A DNA stretch of 64,000 bases, taken from Deltaproteobacteria bacterium. Its GTDB lineage: Bacteria; Desulfobacterota; Binatia; Binatales; Binataceae. Shown piece after piece: positions 61,987 to 64,000 of the stretch. A program made the translations under genes and the position numbers. Within the stretch, counting starts at the first letter, position 1; each line of letters opens with the position of its first letter. Location of the stretch: assembly GCA_021780225.1 (NCBI GenBank), contig JAJXZF010000027.1, forward strand, positions 1,229-65,228, read 5' to 3'. The notes under the pieces are model-generated. The model had not been told where the DNA came from, searched no databases, and worked only from the letters and a program-made list of their open reading frames with translations.

Positions 61987-62886
61987 TTAACGCATCCCGA
62001 TCCAGCCGGGTTCGGCGACCTCGCGCCAGCGGGCGCGAATCATTTCAAATTCCGCGGCGCGCAGCGGTCCGGCGTCGAGCAGCTTCGCATTCTCAGCCCA
62101 TCGCGACGGCCGCGTGGTGCCGATAATCGCGGTGTGCACGCCGGAAGCCGCGAGCGTGAAGCGCAGGGCCGCGCTCACGGCGTCTCCGGCCGCCTTCTTG
62201 CGCAGGAACGGATAGTCGAGCTTGCGCAGCCGCCGCCAATAGGGTTTTTCGTATTCAGGGACACTCCAGCGAGTTTTGAGCCACGCCGCATTCGCGATCG
62301 GCCGCTTGGCGATCACTCCCATGCCGCGCGCGGCGGCGGCCGGCAGCACCCGATCGAGCGCTTCCTGATCGGCGATATTGACGGAGATCTGCAGCGTATC
62401 GAACACGCCGAGCTCGATTGCGGCAAGCGCGTCGCCGCCGTCGCCGCTGTAACCGATCGCGCGCGTCAGGCCTTTTTCCCGCATCCGCACCAACGCCGCG
62501 ACCAATTCCTCGTTGCGCAGCGTGTCGGCGTCGCACGAATGGAACTGGAGCAAATCGACGTAATCGGCGCGCATCCGCTTGAGGCTGCGCGCGAGGCTCA
62601 ATTCGACGATCCCGGGCGTCCATTCCGCGGCGTTCAGGCCCTTCGCATGGCCGCACTTTGTAAACAGATAATATTCGAGCCGCCGATGGCCGACGGTTTT
62701 GCCGATCAATTCTTCGCTGACGTCGTAACAGGCGGCGGTGTCGATTACGTTCAGTCCCGCATCGAGAGCGGCGTTGAGCAGCTTTTCGACCGTGCGGGGA
62801 GCGACATTCTGATAACCGATTTCGGACGCGCCGAATCCGATCACGCTCACGATCATTTCGGTTTTGCCGAGCCGCCGCGTCTCCAT
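61987..62886 (-). CDS. Aldo/keto reductase
   Basis: RRLGKT, IDTAACY, FTKCG, DYVDLLQFH. Confidence 0.9.
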   Translation of the reverse strand: METRRLGKTEMIVSVIGFGASEIGYQNVAPRTVEKLLNAALDAGLNVIDTAACYDVSEELIGKTVGHRRLEYYLFTKCGHAKGLNAAEWTPGIVELSLARSLKRMRADYVDLLQFHSCDADTLRNEELVAALVRMREKGLTRAIGYSGDGGDALAAIELGVFDTLQISVNIADQEALDRVLPAAAARGMGVIAKRPIANAAWLKTRWSVPEYEKPYWRRLRKLDYPFLRKKAAGDAVSAALRFTLAASGVHTAIIGTTRPSRWAENAKLLDAGPLRAAEFEMIRARWREVAEPGWIGMR

Positions 62887-62968
62887 TTCCGCTCTTTTCT
62901 CCAGCCAGATCAATTGATGGACGGATCGTAGGCGAGCGCCCGCGAGAACGCCAACCGCCGCCGAGTCA

Positions 62969-63328
62969 TCAGTAGCGGCGCAGTTCGTCCGGCATCTTGA
63001 ATTCGCCGCTGGAATCGCACGCTAAATCGACGACTTCAACCACCGCGTCCGGTTTCAACGCGCCGTAAATATGCGGAAACAATTGGCGTGCGCGCGGATC
63101 GCTCGCGGCAAGCGGAGATTCGAACCGCGGCGGCGCGTCCAACCGCGATTCGTCGATACAAACAACCACGAGGCCGCGCCGGCCGCGGAACCATCCATTG
63201 GCTGTCGCGAGCAATTGCGAAAGCGTCGAGCAATGGATGAACCCTTCGTCGCGCAGCGACTCCGGCGCATATTCTCCGGCGGCGACCGCCCTCTCCCACT
63301 CCGCCCGCTCAACCATATGGAAGATCAT
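62969..63328 (-). CDS. DUF952 family protein
   Basis: SLRDEGFIHCS, FPHIYG. Confidence 0.85.
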   Translation of the reverse strand: MIFHMVERAEWERAVAAGEYAPESLRDEGFIHCSTLSQLLATANGWFRGRRGLVVVCIDESRLDAPPRFESPLAASDPRARQLFPHIYGALKPDAVVEVVDLACDSSGEFKMPDELRRY

Positions 63329-63350
63329 GCGAGCGAATTATCCGCACGAT

Positions 63351-64000
63351 CTATTCGCGTTCGCCAGCATCTTTGCCGGATTCCGCGCGACCGGTTTCGG
63401 AAACGGGGGTTTTGCCTTCGCCATTTGCGGCTGCGGCAGATCCGTGACCGTTGACGACGCGCAAGAACCCGGCCGCGATGGAGTCGAATGGATTAGCGCC
63501 GCCGGTTACCAGGATATCGGGCACAAATCGTTGGCCGCGGGCGAGACCGTCGATCGAATTTATGATCGCCGTTGCGGTCTCGCCGAGCGCGCGGCGCTGG
63601 GCCTCGAAGCCCTCCGCGCGCGCCAACCCTATCGCCCGGACTTTGGCGCCCTTCGCCGCTCCCGTCTCGCTGATAAAAGCCGCCTCGCCATCGGCTTCGG
63701 ATTTCCGCGCGCCCGCGCGATTTTCGGCGATTTCCTTTCCCACCTCGGACCCGGCAAGTTCGTGCTGCATATCGGCTCGTCCGCGTTCCGCTTCGAGTTG
63801 CACTCGCGCGACCTGCGCGAGTTGTTGCTGGGCGAACGTTTCGCGTTCTTGATGCGCAATTTCGCGCTCCGTCAGGACGCCGACCAACTCCTTTGGCAAT
63901 ACTACGTCCTGAATGTAAACGCCCTTGGTCTCGACCTGATACTCTTCGAGCTTCGCTCTCATATGAGCGAGCGCCTCTTCCTGAATCTGCTGGCGGGTCT
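63351..64000 (-). CDS. SPFH/flotillin-like protein, C-terminal part (5' end outside window)
   Basis: Frame open to the window edge; VYIQDVVLP, Ala/Glu coiled coil, AIGLARAE, VPDILV. Confidence 0.8.
   Translation of the reverse strand, partial: TRQQIQEEALAHMRAKLEEYQVETKGVYIQDVVLPKELVGVLTEREIAHQERETFAQQQLAQVARVQLEAERGRADMQHELAGSEVGKEIAENRAGARKSEADGEAAFISETGAAKGAKVRAIGLARAEGFEAQRRALGETATAIINSIDGLARGQRFVPDILVTGGANPFDSIAAGFLRVVNGHGSAAAANGEGKTPVSETGRAESGKDAGERE

Overview
GC-rich (roughly 60-65% by eye) bacterial chromosomal window, densely coding and mostly on the minus strand. Gene content is compatible with a Deltaproteobacteria-like / Ca. Binatota-type organism (inference only). It holds a partial sigma-54 enhancer-binding protein, a reduced tad/Flp pilus locus, a class III PHA synthase (phaEC) cluster with a divergent Crp/Fnr regulator, many redox/lipid catabolic enzymes, and housekeeping genes (korAB, ligA, accBC-aroQ, rsmI, acnA, cydAB, ackA). 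No tRNA, rRNA, CRISPR array or transposase was recognised. The most notable non-routine signals are: (1) a stand-alone GIY-YIG nuclease gene embedded in five CGTC-type REP-like hairpins and flanked by ~187-bp direct repeats, a REPtron-like layout with no RAYT; (2) two copies of a ~190-210 bp CTAG-ended MITE carrying a doublet of the same hairpin family; (3) a low-GC three-gene island, DUF3467-like / HicB-like / HicA-like, a candidate tripartite toxin-antitoxin system; (4) two well-spaced sigma-54 promoters, one in front of an unassigned 66-aa ORF; (5) two deletion pseudogenes. All calls come from manual motif reading; no searches were run. Start codons are best guesses.
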